A stretch of DNA of 64,000 nucleotides from an uncultured Actinomycetes bacterium (GTDB lineage: Bacteria; Actinomycetota; Acidimicrobiia; IMCC26256; PALSA-610). The notes beneath the pieces were generated by a model that did not search any database, was not told the origin of the DNA, and was given only the letters and a program-made list of their open reading frames with translations. The stretch covers positions 644,588-708,587 of the forward strand of contig CAVUFH010000003.1 of NCBI GenBank assembly GCA_963740835.1, in the 5' to 3' direction. Made by a program: the position numbers and the translations under genes. Positions 41,389 to 50,409 of the stretch are shown here, piece after piece. Position 1 is the first letter of the stretch; every line of letters starts with the position of its first letter.

Positions 41389-41663
41389 CACGTCCCTCCC
41401 CACCGCCGGTGCGACGCCGAGCCCTACAACCACTTGCCACCCTACGGACGGGCCGGGTGTGCGAACAGTCCCTACCGGCACTTTCGAGTGGCCGGCGGGT
41501 GAACAACCCGCGGTCGCGCGCCAGCTGCGGGCGAGCAAGCCACCGACCCACGATCGCGCGAGCCACGCGCGGCGATTGCGTTGGATCCCGCCACGCCGAG
41601 GTTCCTGCTCCGCATGGCGCTCGCGACGCGACGCGCCCGCCGGAACCATGCTGAGATGGCGCG

Positions 41664-43070
41664 ATGGGCCACCGCCTGAACCCGCTTCTGCCCCCGCTGC
41701 TCCGTCCGCTCGCGAGCGACGAGTACGCCCCGATGCCGTACACGGCGCGGGACGACAAGGTCCTGGCGCGGTACGCCGCGGCCGCGCCCGACACTGCGCG
41801 TCGGCTCGGTCTCGCGACCGCGGGCTACCTCGCCGATCGGCGCACGACGGCGGCATCGCTGCGCGCGATCAACGCCGCGCACGAAGACACGTTCTACGAC
41901 GTGCCCGACGCCGCGACCCTGGACCTCGAGGCGGCCGACGCGGCGTTCCGCACCGATGCGCCGGTCATCGACGTGCAGACCCACCTCGTCGATCCCGGGC
42001 GGTGGGATCTCCCGGCGGCGAGCGCGCTCGAAGGGTTCCTGCGGGTGGTCGACCCCGATCGGTGGCCGGGTCCGGTCGATCCGCGGGCGATTGACGCCGC
42101 CGCGTGGGCGAGCCTCGTGTTCGGTACGAGCGAGACGGCCATCGCGTTGCTCACGTCGACGCCGGGCACCGCCACGACCAACGTGCTCACCAACCCGCAG
42201 ATCGCGACCGCACGAGACGTCATCGATCGGTACGCGGGAACCGGCCGCGTGCTGACGCACGCGATCGTGCACCCGAATGTGCCGGGCGAGCTGGACACGA
42301 TGAGCGAGACGAGCGCGAGGCTGGGGCCGTCCGGGTGGAAGGTGTACACGCTGTGGGGCCCGCCGACCGCAGCGTCGCCCACCGGCGGTTGGTTCCTGGA
42401 CGACGAAGCGATCGGCTTCCCGTTCCTCGAACGCGTGCGCGCGCTCGGCCCGCGCGTTGTCGCCGCGCACAAGGGGCTCGGCGGTCCGGTGCCCGACGCC
42501 GCGGTTGCCGCGGCCTCGCCGCGCGACATCGGGCCCGCTGCCGCCGCCTTCCCCGATCTCACGTTCGTCGTGTACCACTCCGGCTACGAGCGCGATCCGC
42601 ACGGTGAGGAAGGCGCGTACCGCGTGGGCGGTCGTGCCAAAGGCGTGGATCGACTCGTGCAGAGCGTGACCGACGCGGGCATCGGTCCCGAGGGCAACGT
42701 CTATGCCGAGCTCGGGAGTACGTGGTTCTTGATGTTGCGCCGGCCGCGCGAAGCCGCGCACGTGCTGGGCAAGTTGCTCCGCGCGCTCGGCCCGCATCGG
42801 ATCCTGTGGGGTACGGACTCGGTCTGGTACGGGTCGCCGCAACCGCTCATCGATGCCTTCCGCGCGTTCCGGATCCCGGAATCGATGCAGGAGCGGTACG
42901 GGTATCCCGCGCTGACGCGCGCGATGAAGGAACGGATCCTCGGCCGGAACGCGCGTGCGGTCTACGAAGTCGACGACGAGACCGTGTCGCGTGCCGCGGC
43001 CGCCGGCCCCGACTGGGTCACCAACGGTGCGGTCGCGCTCGCGCGCGGACTCTCGGCCAACGTGGGCTGA
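41664..43070 (+). CDS. Amidohydrolase-2 family protein
   Basis: DVQTHL ... HxxxD-like patterns and WGTDSVW near the C-terminus. 468 aa. Confidence 0.7.
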   Translation: MGHRLNPLLPPLLRPLASDEYAPMPYTARDDKVLARYAAAAPDTARRLGLATAGYLADRRTTAASLRAINAAHEDTFYDVPDAATLDLEAADAAFRTDAPVIDVQTHLVDPGRWDLPAASALEGFLRVVDPDRWPGPVDPRAIDAAAWASLVFGTSETAIALLTSTPGTATTNVLTNPQIATARDVIDRYAGTGRVLTHAIVHPNVPGELDTMSETSARLGPSGWKVYTLWGPPTAASPTGGWFLDDEAIGFPFLERVRALGPRVVAAHKGLGGPVPDAAVAAASPRDIGPAAAAFPDLTFVVYHSGYERDPHGEEGAYRVGGRAKGVDRLVQSVTDAGIGPEGNVYAELGSTWFLMLRRPREAAHVLGKLLRALGPHRILWGTDSVWYGSPQPLIDAFRAFRIPESMQERYGYPALTRAMKERILGRNARAVYEVDDETVSRAAAAGPDWVTNGAVALARGLSANVG

Positions 43071-43591
43071 GGTTCTTCGTCAGGATTTGCAACCTCGGCT
43101 TCGGCCTCGGCGTCCGCCGGCGCGGGCCCGCGCTTGTCGGGCCACAGCGCGAACGTCACCGCGATCCCGGCCAGCAGCGTGAGGAGGACCGGCAGGAGGA
43201 TCAGACCGCGCGTCGGGATCTCGCCGACGTCGACGATGGGCTTGCCGACCAAGTGCGCGCGATCCGGTGTGACGTCGTCCGTGTCGTTCTTGTTGTCGCC
43301 CTGGAACAGGTATGTCCCGTCCGGGAGGATCCGCTTGATGCGGTGGACGACGAGCATTCCCTCGCCGGGCTGGCCGTCGGGGATGCGGTAGATCGCGATG
43401 TCGCCGACCTCGTAGTCGCCGGACTTGCGCGCGTAGAGGAGGTCGCCCTGCTCGTACGTCGGCTTCATCGACTCGCCGCGCACCACGACGAACAGCGCCT
43501 GCCCGCCGAATCGCGTCGGCCACAGCGCGAACGCGAGCCCGCCCAGAATCACGATCGAGAAGAAAAGCCCGAGCACCCGACGAGCCGTCAC
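42962..43591 (-). CDS. SipW/archaeal-type (Ser-His) signal peptidase I
   Basis: N-terminal TM helix, RGESMKPT (catalytic Ser box), and GDLL...VVHRI (His box, not the Lys of P-type SPases). The C-terminal TM helix is LILLPVLLTLLAGIAV. It overlaps the convergent amidohydrolase by about 108 bp. Confidence 0.7.
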   Translation of the reverse strand: MTARRVLGLFFSIVILGGLAFALWPTRFGGQALFVVVRGESMKPTYEQGDLLYARKSGDYEVGDIAIYRIPDGQPGEGMLVVHRIKRILPDGTYLFQGDNKNDTDDVTPDRAHLVGKPIVDVGEIPTRGLILLPVLLTLLAGIAVTFALWPDKRGPAPADAEAEAEVANPDEEPQPTLAESPRASATAPLVTQSGPAAAARDTVSSSTS

Positions 43592-43613
43592 TGCGAATCT
43601 CCCGGCCCGGCCC

Positions 43614-44360
43614 TCATGGGTTGTCCAGGTGGAAGTCGTCGAAGCGCAGGCCGTTGCTCAACCACTGGTACGGACCGGCGCGCTGGTGCGTCGCGTTCTT
43701 GAAGAGGGTCTGCTCGGCCGCGGTGAGCGTGTAGGTGACGACCTGCACGCCGTTGATGTACGCGGTGAGCGCGCCGGTGCTGAGCGATGACAGGGTCAAC
43801 GTGATCGACGCGGGCGCGGTGGCGATGCCACCCGGATAGAGGTTGCTGATGACGTTGACCTCGGTCCAGGCACCGCCGCTGAACTTCCACAGCTCCATCG
43901 AGCCATTGGCGGTGTTGGTCCACTCGGCCGTGAGGAACTCGGTGCCGGCCGCGTTGCGGTTGATCGTGAGGCCGACGTCGAACGTGGTCGCGCCATTGCG
44001 GAAGATCGTGGCGGACACCGTGCGGCTCGGCGCGCCGGCGTCGATCACGAGCGACGAGTTCAAGGTCGTCGACTGCGCGCCATTGCTCTGGATGGTCCAC
44101 GTGCCGCCGGCCGGGTTCACTGACCACGTCTTCGCGCCGCCGTCGGTGACGGTGCCGTTGAGGTTGGTGCCGTTGGTGCCGTCGAAGTTCTCCCACGCGA
44201 CGACCGTCGGCGCGCCAGTGCTCGCCGCCATGGTCAGCGCGGTCAGCTTCGCGGTCGTGATGCCGCCGATGGGAGCTGCGGACGCGACACCGCCGCCGAC
44301 GGCGAGCGTCAGCGCGGTGACGAGGGAGATGGTGGCGAGAGACTTGCCCGCAGGCAGCAT
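43614..44360 (-). CDS. Secreted beta-rich protein, a putative SipW substrate
   Basis: Signal peptide LVTALTLAVGGGVASAA followed by PIGGITTAKL. The Asn/Thr/Gly-rich mature part is beta-rich in composition. Confidence 0.6.
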   Translation of the reverse strand: MLPAGKSLATISLVTALTLAVGGGVASAAPIGGITTAKLTALTMAASTGAPTVVAWENFDGTNGTNLNGTVTDGGAKTWSVNPAGGTWTIQSNGAQSTTLNSSLVIDAGAPSRTVSATIFRNGATTFDVGLTINRNAAGTEFLTAEWTNTANGSMELWKFSGGAWTEVNVISNLYPGGIATAPASITLTLSSLSTGALTAYINGVQVVTYTLTAAEQTLFKNATHQRAGPYQWLSNGLRFDDFHLDNP

Positions 44361-44438
44361 GGGGAACTCATCCCATGGCGTCGAAGATGGCGGGTCCCGG
44401 CGGGTCCGACCCCGCCGGGACTCGTTGGATCAGGTTGC

Positions 44439-44858
44439 TCAGCCGGCGATGACGACGGCCGCACCGAGCACGGCGTTGGCGTTGGCGCCGGGTGCCGTGA
44501 AGGTGACGAGCGCGGTCGTGCCTGCGATCGAGGCGACGGTGCCGCTCCCGAGGGCGACGCCCGTTCCGTCCTTCAGCGTGAGGCTGAGGGTTTTGCCGGC
44601 GCACGCCGGGGCGATGCCGGTCACGTTGACCGCCGTCGTCTGGTAACGGCCGAGCGTCGCGTCGTACGTGTTGGTGTACGCGAGCGTCACGCCGTCGAGG
44701 TCGCAGCCGCCGATCACGGCGGTGTCGGCACCGAGGCTGTTGCCCGTGATGCCACCGAGGCTCGCGGCCGAGGCGCCCACCACGCCGAGCGTCGCCGCCC
44801 CGGCGATGATCGCGGCGGCGATGCGCCGGCGACGCTTGCGGTCGGTCTTGTCAGTCAT
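44439..44858 (-). CDS. Small secreted protein, TasA/camelysin-like candidate SipW substrate
   Basis: Basic n-region (RKRRRR), hydrophobic core, then ASAAS followed by LGGITGNSLGADTA. It shares the post-signal motif with the neighbouring gene. Confidence 0.5.
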   Translation of the reverse strand: MTDKTDRKRRRRIAAAIIAGAATLGVVGASAASLGGITGNSLGADTAVIGGCDLDGVTLAYTNTYDATLGRYQTTAVNVTGIAPACAGKTLSLTLKDGTGVALGSGTVASIAGTTALVTFTAPGANANAVLGAAVVIAG

Positions 44859-45153
44859 TTCAGAGATACCCCGCGTTGGTGAGAGACGGCCCGCCACAGT
44901 CAGTCGGACTCAGGTGATTTCATCGTCGGCGGGGGCCGGGCCTTGAGCGGGTTCACGCGATGTCGAGGTCCGCAGCCGGCCCCGACCACGCTGCGCGGCC
45001 GGAATTTCGTCGGCACGCGTGGGCCCGAGGGCGATCAGGCGGGCAGCGGGTGTCGTCGCTCGAGGGGTGCGACGCCCGGATGAGTCCAACGCCCCTACCA
45101 CCGGTGCCGCCGCGCCGAGCACGCTCGATGGACAGGACGAGGGCGGGAACGCG

Positions 45154-45801
45154 ATGACGAACCGACAGTGGTGGATCGTGACCCTCGGGGTGCTCGCGGT
45201 GGTTGCGCTCGCGGCGGGCGCGGCCGCGATCTGGAGTGGTGACGACGCGCGCCACGCCGCGTCGCGCCCGACGGCGACGACGACATCGACGACGGTCGCG
45301 GCAACGACGACATCGACGACATCGACGACCGCCGCACCTACGACGACGGCTCCGATGGTGACGTCGACCGTGCCCCCGTCAACGGCCAAGCCGTCGGTGC
45401 CGATTCCGGGACCGGTCGCCGGCGTCACGACCAGTCAGGGCGGCTCGGGCGAGATCAAGCTCGATTGGGACTCCGTGTCGACGGCGACGGGCTACCGCGT
45501 CCTGCGTTCGGACCAGGCGACCGGGCCGTTCTCCGTTGCGGCCGACGTCAACGTGACCACCGGACTCGCGAGCGCGGTCCCCGGTGTCGTCAACCTGTGG
45601 TCGGACCGGGCCACCTACATCCCGGCGGGGACGCGCGTCCTGCTCGCGGCGGGTACGAAGCAGCACTTCCAGTACGTCGAGGTCGTCTCGGGCGGCGTCC
45701 AGCAGCGGTACTTCGGTGTGGTCGCGTACAACGCGGCGGGCGCCGGTCCGGCGTCTTCCGTCGTGTGCGGGTCGCCGACCGGCTTCCCTTCCTGCCGATG
45801 A
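45154..45801 (+). CDS. Membrane-anchored protein with Thr-rich linker and fibronectin-III-like domain
   Basis: TM helix WWIVTLGVLAVVALAAGAAAIW, a TTTSTTVAATTTSTTSTT linker, and an ...EIKLDWDSVSTATGYRVLRS... FN3-like pattern. Confidence 0.55.
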   Translation: MTNRQWWIVTLGVLAVVALAAGAAAIWSGDDARHAASRPTATTTSTTVAATTTSTTSTTAAPTTTAPMVTSTVPPSTAKPSVPIPGPVAGVTTSQGGSGEIKLDWDSVSTATGYRVLRSDQATGPFSVAADVNVTTGLASAVPGVVNLWSDRATYIPAGTRVLLAAGTKQHFQYVEVVSGGVQQRYFGVVAYNAAGAGPASSVVCGSPTGFPSCR

Positions 45802-45880
45802 ATCTCGCGCTCGGCCGGTGAGTCTCACCACCGGCCGCGGTCGAACGTTCAGCACGAGCCGCCGAACGAGGAGCGCCGCC

Positions 45881-46354
45881 ATGCCCCGGATCACGCCCAA
45901 CCTCTGGTTCGACACGCAGGGTTTGGAGGCGGCCGAGTTCTACGTCTCGGTGTTCCCGAACTCCCAGGTCAAGGACGTCATGTATTACAACGACGCCGGG
46001 CCGCGGGAAGCGGGTACGGTGCTCACCGTCGACTTCGTGCTCGACGGCCAGGACTACACCGCGATCAACGGCGGCCCACAGTTCACGTTCGACGAGGCGA
46101 TCTCGTTGTTGATCAACTGCGCCGACCAGGCGGAGGTCGACTACTACTGGGAGAAGCTCGGCGCGGGCGGCGAAGACGGCCCGTGCGGATGGCTGAAGGA
46201 CAAGTACGGCTTGTCGTGGCAAATCGTGCCCGTGGGCATGGTCGAGGTGCTCAACGACGCTGACCCGGCCCGGGCCGAACGCGCGATGAAGGCGATGCTC
46301 GGGATGAGGAAGCTCGACCTCGCCGCGTTGCGGGCGGCGGCCGACGGGAAGTAG
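45881..46354 (+). CDS. VOC-family protein (PhnB / 3-demethylubiquinone-9 methyltransferase-like glyoxalase fold)
   Basis: MPRITPNLWFDTQ...FYVSVFPNS...GLSWQIVP are characteristic of the PhnB-like family. Confidence 0.8.
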   Translation: MPRITPNLWFDTQGLEAAEFYVSVFPNSQVKDVMYYNDAGPREAGTVLTVDFVLDGQDYTAINGGPQFTFDEAISLLINCADQAEVDYYWEKLGAGGEDGPCGWLKDKYGLSWQIVPVGMVEVLNDADPARAERAMKAMLGMRKLDLAALRAAADGK

Positions 46355-46366
46355 CCAACCCTCGAG

Positions 46367-47944
46367 TCAATCCAACTCGGCGACGAATCCTTCCCACGCG
46401 CGTACGCGCAACGGACTCGCGAACGGCTCGTGGTCGCGATCGCGATCGGTGCCGATGAGCACCCGTCCCGCGATGCCATCGAGGATCAGCTGATCGTTCG
46501 AGAGGTTGACGACTACCACGTGGCGCTCGCCGCGTTTCCACACCCATGCGCCGGCGGGCGCAGGGAGCGCGGTGTACGCGCCCGAGTGGAGGTCGGGCGT
46601 CTGCCTGCGCAGCGCGATCAGGTCGCGTGCGAGCGCGAGCATCGACTTCGGGTCGGTCCGTTGCTGCTCGACGTTGCGTGAGGTGTCGCCGATCGGGAGC
46701 CAGGGCGCGACCCCGGGTTCGGTGAAGCCGGCGCCGGGCGCGTCGCGCCAGGGCAGCGGCGTCCGCATCGCGTCACGCCCCGCGTACGCGGGCCAGTACT
46801 TCACGCCCAACGGGTCGCGCAGGTCGGGCGGTTCGAGCGCGACGTCGCAGTGCCCGATCTCGTCGCCTTGGTACAGGACGGGTGTGCCGCGCAGGCCGAG
46901 CAGCATCAGGAGCGCGGTACGCGCGCGCTGCGGTTCGTCTTCCGCCCACCGGGTCGCGAACCGCGACATGTCGTGGTTCGAGCCGGTCCACGCGGGCCAG
47001 GCGCCCTGAGGGAGCAGTGCTTCGATGTGTTCGACGGCCTCACGCATCGGTGCGGCCTCGAATCGTGCGTTGATGAACGGGAAGTTGAACGCGAGCTGCA
47101 GCTCGTCGAGGTTCGTGCCGTAGAACGCGGCGAGCGTCGCCGCGTCGTCGACCGGTGTCTCGCCGAGCAACAGCCGGGGTGGGTCGTAGGAGTCGGCGAT
47201 CTGGCGCCAGCGCCGCAGGATCTCGTGCAGCTCGGGCCGGTTCTGGTTGTAAACGGCCCGCTGTCCGAACAGCTGCGCATCAAGGGGATCGTCCGCAGTC
47301 GCGGGCGGGTTGTCGCGCAGCGCTGCGTCCTTGATGAGGATGTTGCAGACGTCGATCCGGAAGCCGTCGACGCCGCGGTCGAACCAGAAGCGCATGATGC
47401 CCTCGAACGCGTCCCTGACGTCTTCGTTCCACCAGTTGAGATCGGGTTGTTCGCGCAAATGGTTGTGCATGTAGTACTGACCAGTGGCGGCATCGAGCGT
47501 CCACGCTGGACCGCCGAAGCCGCTCACCCAGTTGTTCGGCGGTGAGCCGTCGGGTTTCGGATCGGCCCACACATACCAGTCGCGATGGCGCGCGGTTCGC
47601 GACGATCGCGCGTCGACGAACCACGGGTGCTGCTCGCTCGTGTGGTTCGGGACGAAGTCGAGGAGCACACGGATCCCCTGCTGGTGCGCCGCGGCGACCA
47701 GCTCGTCGAAGGCGGCGAGGGTCCCCATCTCGGGTTGGACCGCGGAGTAGTCGGCGACGTCGTAGCCCCAGTCCGCGTTCGGCGAAACGGTGATCGGGCT
47801 CAACCAGATCGCGTCGACACCCAGCCACTCGAGGTGGTCGAGATGGTCGACGATTCCTTGCAGATCGCCGTAGCCATCGCCGTTCGAGTCCGCGAACGAC
47901 AACGGATAGATCTGGTACAGCACGCTCGAGGTCCACCACGACAC
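46367..47944 (-). CDS. GH13 alpha-glucosidase / oligo-1,6-glucosidase family
   Basis: YQIYPLSFADSNGDGYGDLQGI..., GFRIDV, and EIGH-like conserved regions. 525 aa. Confidence 0.85.
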   Translation of the reverse strand: MSWWTSSVLYQIYPLSFADSNGDGYGDLQGIVDHLDHLEWLGVDAIWLSPITVSPNADWGYDVADYSAVQPEMGTLAAFDELVAAAHQQGIRVLLDFVPNHTSEQHPWFVDARSSRTARHRDWYVWADPKPDGSPPNNWVSGFGGPAWTLDAATGQYYMHNHLREQPDLNWWNEDVRDAFEGIMRFWFDRGVDGFRIDVCNILIKDAALRDNPPATADDPLDAQLFGQRAVYNQNRPELHEILRRWRQIADSYDPPRLLLGETPVDDAATLAAFYGTNLDELQLAFNFPFINARFEAAPMREAVEHIEALLPQGAWPAWTGSNHDMSRFATRWAEDEPQRARTALLMLLGLRGTPVLYQGDEIGHCDVALEPPDLRDPLGVKYWPAYAGRDAMRTPLPWRDAPGAGFTEPGVAPWLPIGDTSRNVEQQRTDPKSMLALARDLIALRRQTPDLHSGAYTALPAPAGAWVWKRGERHVVVVNLSNDQLILDGIAGRVLIGTDRDRDHEPFASPLRVRAWEGFVAELD

Positions 47945-47955
47945 CGGGCGATGCT

Positions 47956-48570
47956 ATGACCACCCAGAGAAGGACAACATTGTATGCGGGTGCATATAAC
48001 GCTACCGTCGACGGCATGAGCACGACGGCAGACACCATCTGGGTCCGGCGACCGACCGCCCAACCCGCGGGCGAGGTCAGCGCACCGACGTTCCGGCTCG
48101 ACCGACCACTCGCGGGCCTGACCATCGGCCTCCGCACCGACCGCGCGTGGCGCTCGTGGCAGCTCATCGCGAGCATCTGGGAAGCGAACTTGCAGCGCGA
48201 CGGCGCGCAGACGCTCGCGGTGGAGACCGGCGCGCAGATCGGTCAGCCGGCGTCGAGCGATCGCAAGCAGATCGAGGAGTTCTCGGGCCAGGTCGACGCC
48301 GCCATCGTCGGGCTCGGCACGTGCGGCTCGTGCACCACGTTCACGATCAAGGACTCGGTCACGGTCGAAGCGCACGAGAAGCCCGTCGTCGCGGTGGTGT
48401 GTGAAGAGTTCACGGTGCACGCACACAACGTCGCCCGGCACGTCGGTCACGGCGATCTGCAGGTGCTGGTGCTGCCGTATCCGCTCGAAGCCCGCCCCAC
48501 CGAGGAGCTCGAGCAGATCGCGCGCGACTACTACCCGCAAGTGCTCGAGCGGTTGGGTGTGACCGCATGA
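47956..48570 (+). CDS. UGSC-like domain protein (Cys-type). First gene of a 4-gene coupled operon
   Basis: C-terminal GLGTCGSCTTFT motif, i.e. a G-(S/T)-C-G-S-C signature with Cys where selenoprotein members have Sec. The stop TGA sits within ATGA, shared with the next gene's start. Confidence 0.5.
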   Translation: MTTQRRTTLYAGAYNATVDGMSTTADTIWVRRPTAQPAGEVSAPTFRLDRPLAGLTIGLRTDRAWRSWQLIASIWEANLQRDGAQTLAVETGAQIGQPASSDRKQIEEFSGQVDAAIVGLGTCGSCTTFTIKDSVTVEAHEKPVVAVVCEEFTVHAHNVARHVGHGDLQVLVLPYPLEARPTEELEQIARDYYPQVLERLGVTA

Positions 48571-49617
48571 CGCTCGCCAGCGAGCGCATCGAAGTTCCGG
48601 CCGACCCGCGCGCTCTACGACCTCGCGATCGCGGAACACTGGAGCGACGGTGTTCCGCAACTGCCGGCCACCGATGACGTGATCGAAGCGCTGCTCGCGG
48701 CGTCGCCGTATCCCGCCGATCACGTCGTGTGCGTGCTCCCGCCCGTCAACGGTGTGGCGACGACCGAGCTCGTGGCGATCAACGCCGCGCTCGCCGGTGT
48801 CGAGCCCGACGCGTTTCCCTACGTGCTCGCTGCGCTCGAAGCACTGTCCGAGCCCGAGTGGAACGCGTTCGGGCTCACCACCACGACCTCGAGCGTGTTC
48901 CCGATGCTCATCGTCAACGGCCCGTCCCGTGACGATGTGGGTATCGACTACCGCGCGAGCTGCATGGGCGGTGCCGCCGGCCGGGGATCGATGACGATCG
49001 GCCGCGCGGTCGCGCTCTGCCTGCGCAACATCGGCGGCCAACGGGCCGGCGAGACGACGAAGTCAGTGTTTGGTCAGCCCGCTCGCTTCGGCTTTTGCAT
49101 CGGCGAGTGGGAGGAACGCTCGCCGTGGCCGTCGCTCGCCGAGCGCCGCGGGTTCAGCGTCGGCGACGACGTGGTGACGGTGCACGGTGGCAAGGGCACG
49201 TTCCCGATGGCCGACATCCACAACGATGACGCGCGCGATCTGCTCTACCTGATCGCGAAGAGCATGGCCTACCCGCTCGCGAACATGTTCCTCGGCAACG
49301 TCGGCAACGGCGAGGTCGTCGTCGCGTTCAACCCGATGTGGGCCGAACGGTTCGGCGCGGCGTTCCCGGATGTGGACGATCTGACGGCGTATCTGCGAGA
49401 GAACGCCTGGCAGCCGATCGATCTCTGGCCGGAGGCGAACGCGCAGATGCTGCACGACCGGCACCGCGTCGATGGGCGCGGGCGCGTTCACCTCGTCGAG
49501 CGTCCGGATCAGATCGTTCCGATCGTGTGCGGCGGCCTCGGCAGCCTGCACGCGATCGGTCTCCCGAGCTTTGGCGAGAGCACCATGCAGAGCAAGCCCG
49601 TGGTGCGTCCGGCATGA
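48567..49617 (+). CDS. Conserved hypothetical protein, the UGSC-operon partner, interrupted by a frameshift near 48608
   Basis: ATG at 48567 gives MTLASERIEVPADPRA. It continues in the +1 frame as LYDLAIAEHWSDGVPQLPATDDVIEALLAAS... (ORF 48679..49617). The shift is in a CGCGCGC run. Confidence 0.5.
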
Positions 49618-49874
49618 CGATGGACAAGGAAACCGTGGCGGCCGCCGTCGACGAGCTCGCGGGGTTCCTGCGCGCCGATGGCGCGGACCTCTTGCTGCGC
49701 GATGCCGACGAGCGGCGAGCCCGCGTGCACCTCGCGCTCGTGCTCGACGACGTGTCCTGCGCGGACTGCATCCTCCCTCCTGACGACCTCCGGGAGACCA
49801 TCAGCGCCGCGCTCGAGCGGCGCATCCCCGGTGAGTTCGAGCTCGTGCTCGACGATCCGCGCCGGGATCAGTGA
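49617..49874 (+). CDS. Small NifU/Nfu-like protein
   Basis: 85 aa. ...LALVLDDVSCADCILP... gives a Cys-x-x-Cys motif in an Nfu-like context. The ATG overlaps the previous stop. Confidence 0.5.
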   Translation, partial: TMDKETVAAAVDELAGFLRADGADLLLRDADERRARVHLALVLDDVSCADCILPPDDLRETISAALERRIPGEFELVLDDPRRDQ

Positions 49875-50362
49875 GCGCGAAGAACGCGCCGCAAGCCGAC
49901 GCGGTCGACCCCCTCCCGAGCTGGAGCGCGCTCGTCGCTGTCTACCAGTCGGTCCTCCACGACGTGGTCGCCGCGCTCGACGACGACGCGGGCATGGACT
50001 CCGGTGTGTTCTCCGCGCTCGCGTATCTGGAGCGCGCGCACCCGCCGCACCGCTTGCCGATGAGCGAACTGCAGCGGGCGATGCACCCGCGCTACAGCCA
50101 ACCCGGCTTCAGCCGGCTCGTGCAACGGATGGAAATGGAGGGTCTCGTCGAGCGCCGTCCCGATCCGACCGACCGTCGGGCCACGATCGTCGTGACCACG
50201 CGTGCCGGCCGCCGGCAGTTCACCGCCGCGAACGCGGTCTACGTCGAGGCGCTGCGTGCGTCCTACGGCCGCTACCTCGACGCGCACGAGCACGCGCGGC
50301 TCGCGTCCATCCTCACCCGCGTCAACGATCGGCGGTTGTCGAGCTTCGCGGCGGGCGAGTAG
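49871..50362 (+). CDS. MarR-family transcriptional regulator
   Basis: Winged-HTH pattern ...MSELQRAMHPRYSQPGFSRLVQRMEMEGLVERRPDPTDRRA... The start overlaps the previous stop. Confidence 0.8.
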   Translation: MSAKNAPQADAVDPLPSWSALVAVYQSVLHDVVAALDDDAGMDSGVFSALAYLERAHPPHRLPMSELQRAMHPRYSQPGFSRLVQRMEMEGLVERRPDPTDRRATIVVTTRAGRRQFTAANAVYVEALRASYGRYLDAHEHARLASILTRVNDRRLSSFAAGE

Positions 50363-50409
50363 GTTTCGGAGCCACGCTCGATAACTCGCTCGACGTCGGA
50401 TCCGGGGGG

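Noticed and set aside
42962-43070. A roughly 108-bp convergent overlap between the 3' ends of the amidohydrolase (+) and the SipW-like peptidase (-)
   Set aside because: It is probably genuine C-terminal overlap, or the peptidase's true stop is obscured by an indel. The Ala/Pro/Glu-rich tail of the peptidase ORF is low-complexity, so it was not treated as a separate finding.
48568-48570. An in-frame TGA at the end of the UGSC-like gene, followed by protein-like sequence in the same frame. This could be read as a selenocysteine (UGA) read-through in a family named for selenoproteins
   Set aside because: The UGSC signature here already has Cys at the would-be Sec position (GLGTCGSC). The downstream protein is better explained by an ATG at 48567 (ATGA overlap) plus a 1-nt indel in a CGCGCGC run at about 48608. 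That restores a continuous MTLASERIEVPADPRALYDLAIAEHW... N-terminus. No SECIS-like hairpin is obvious.
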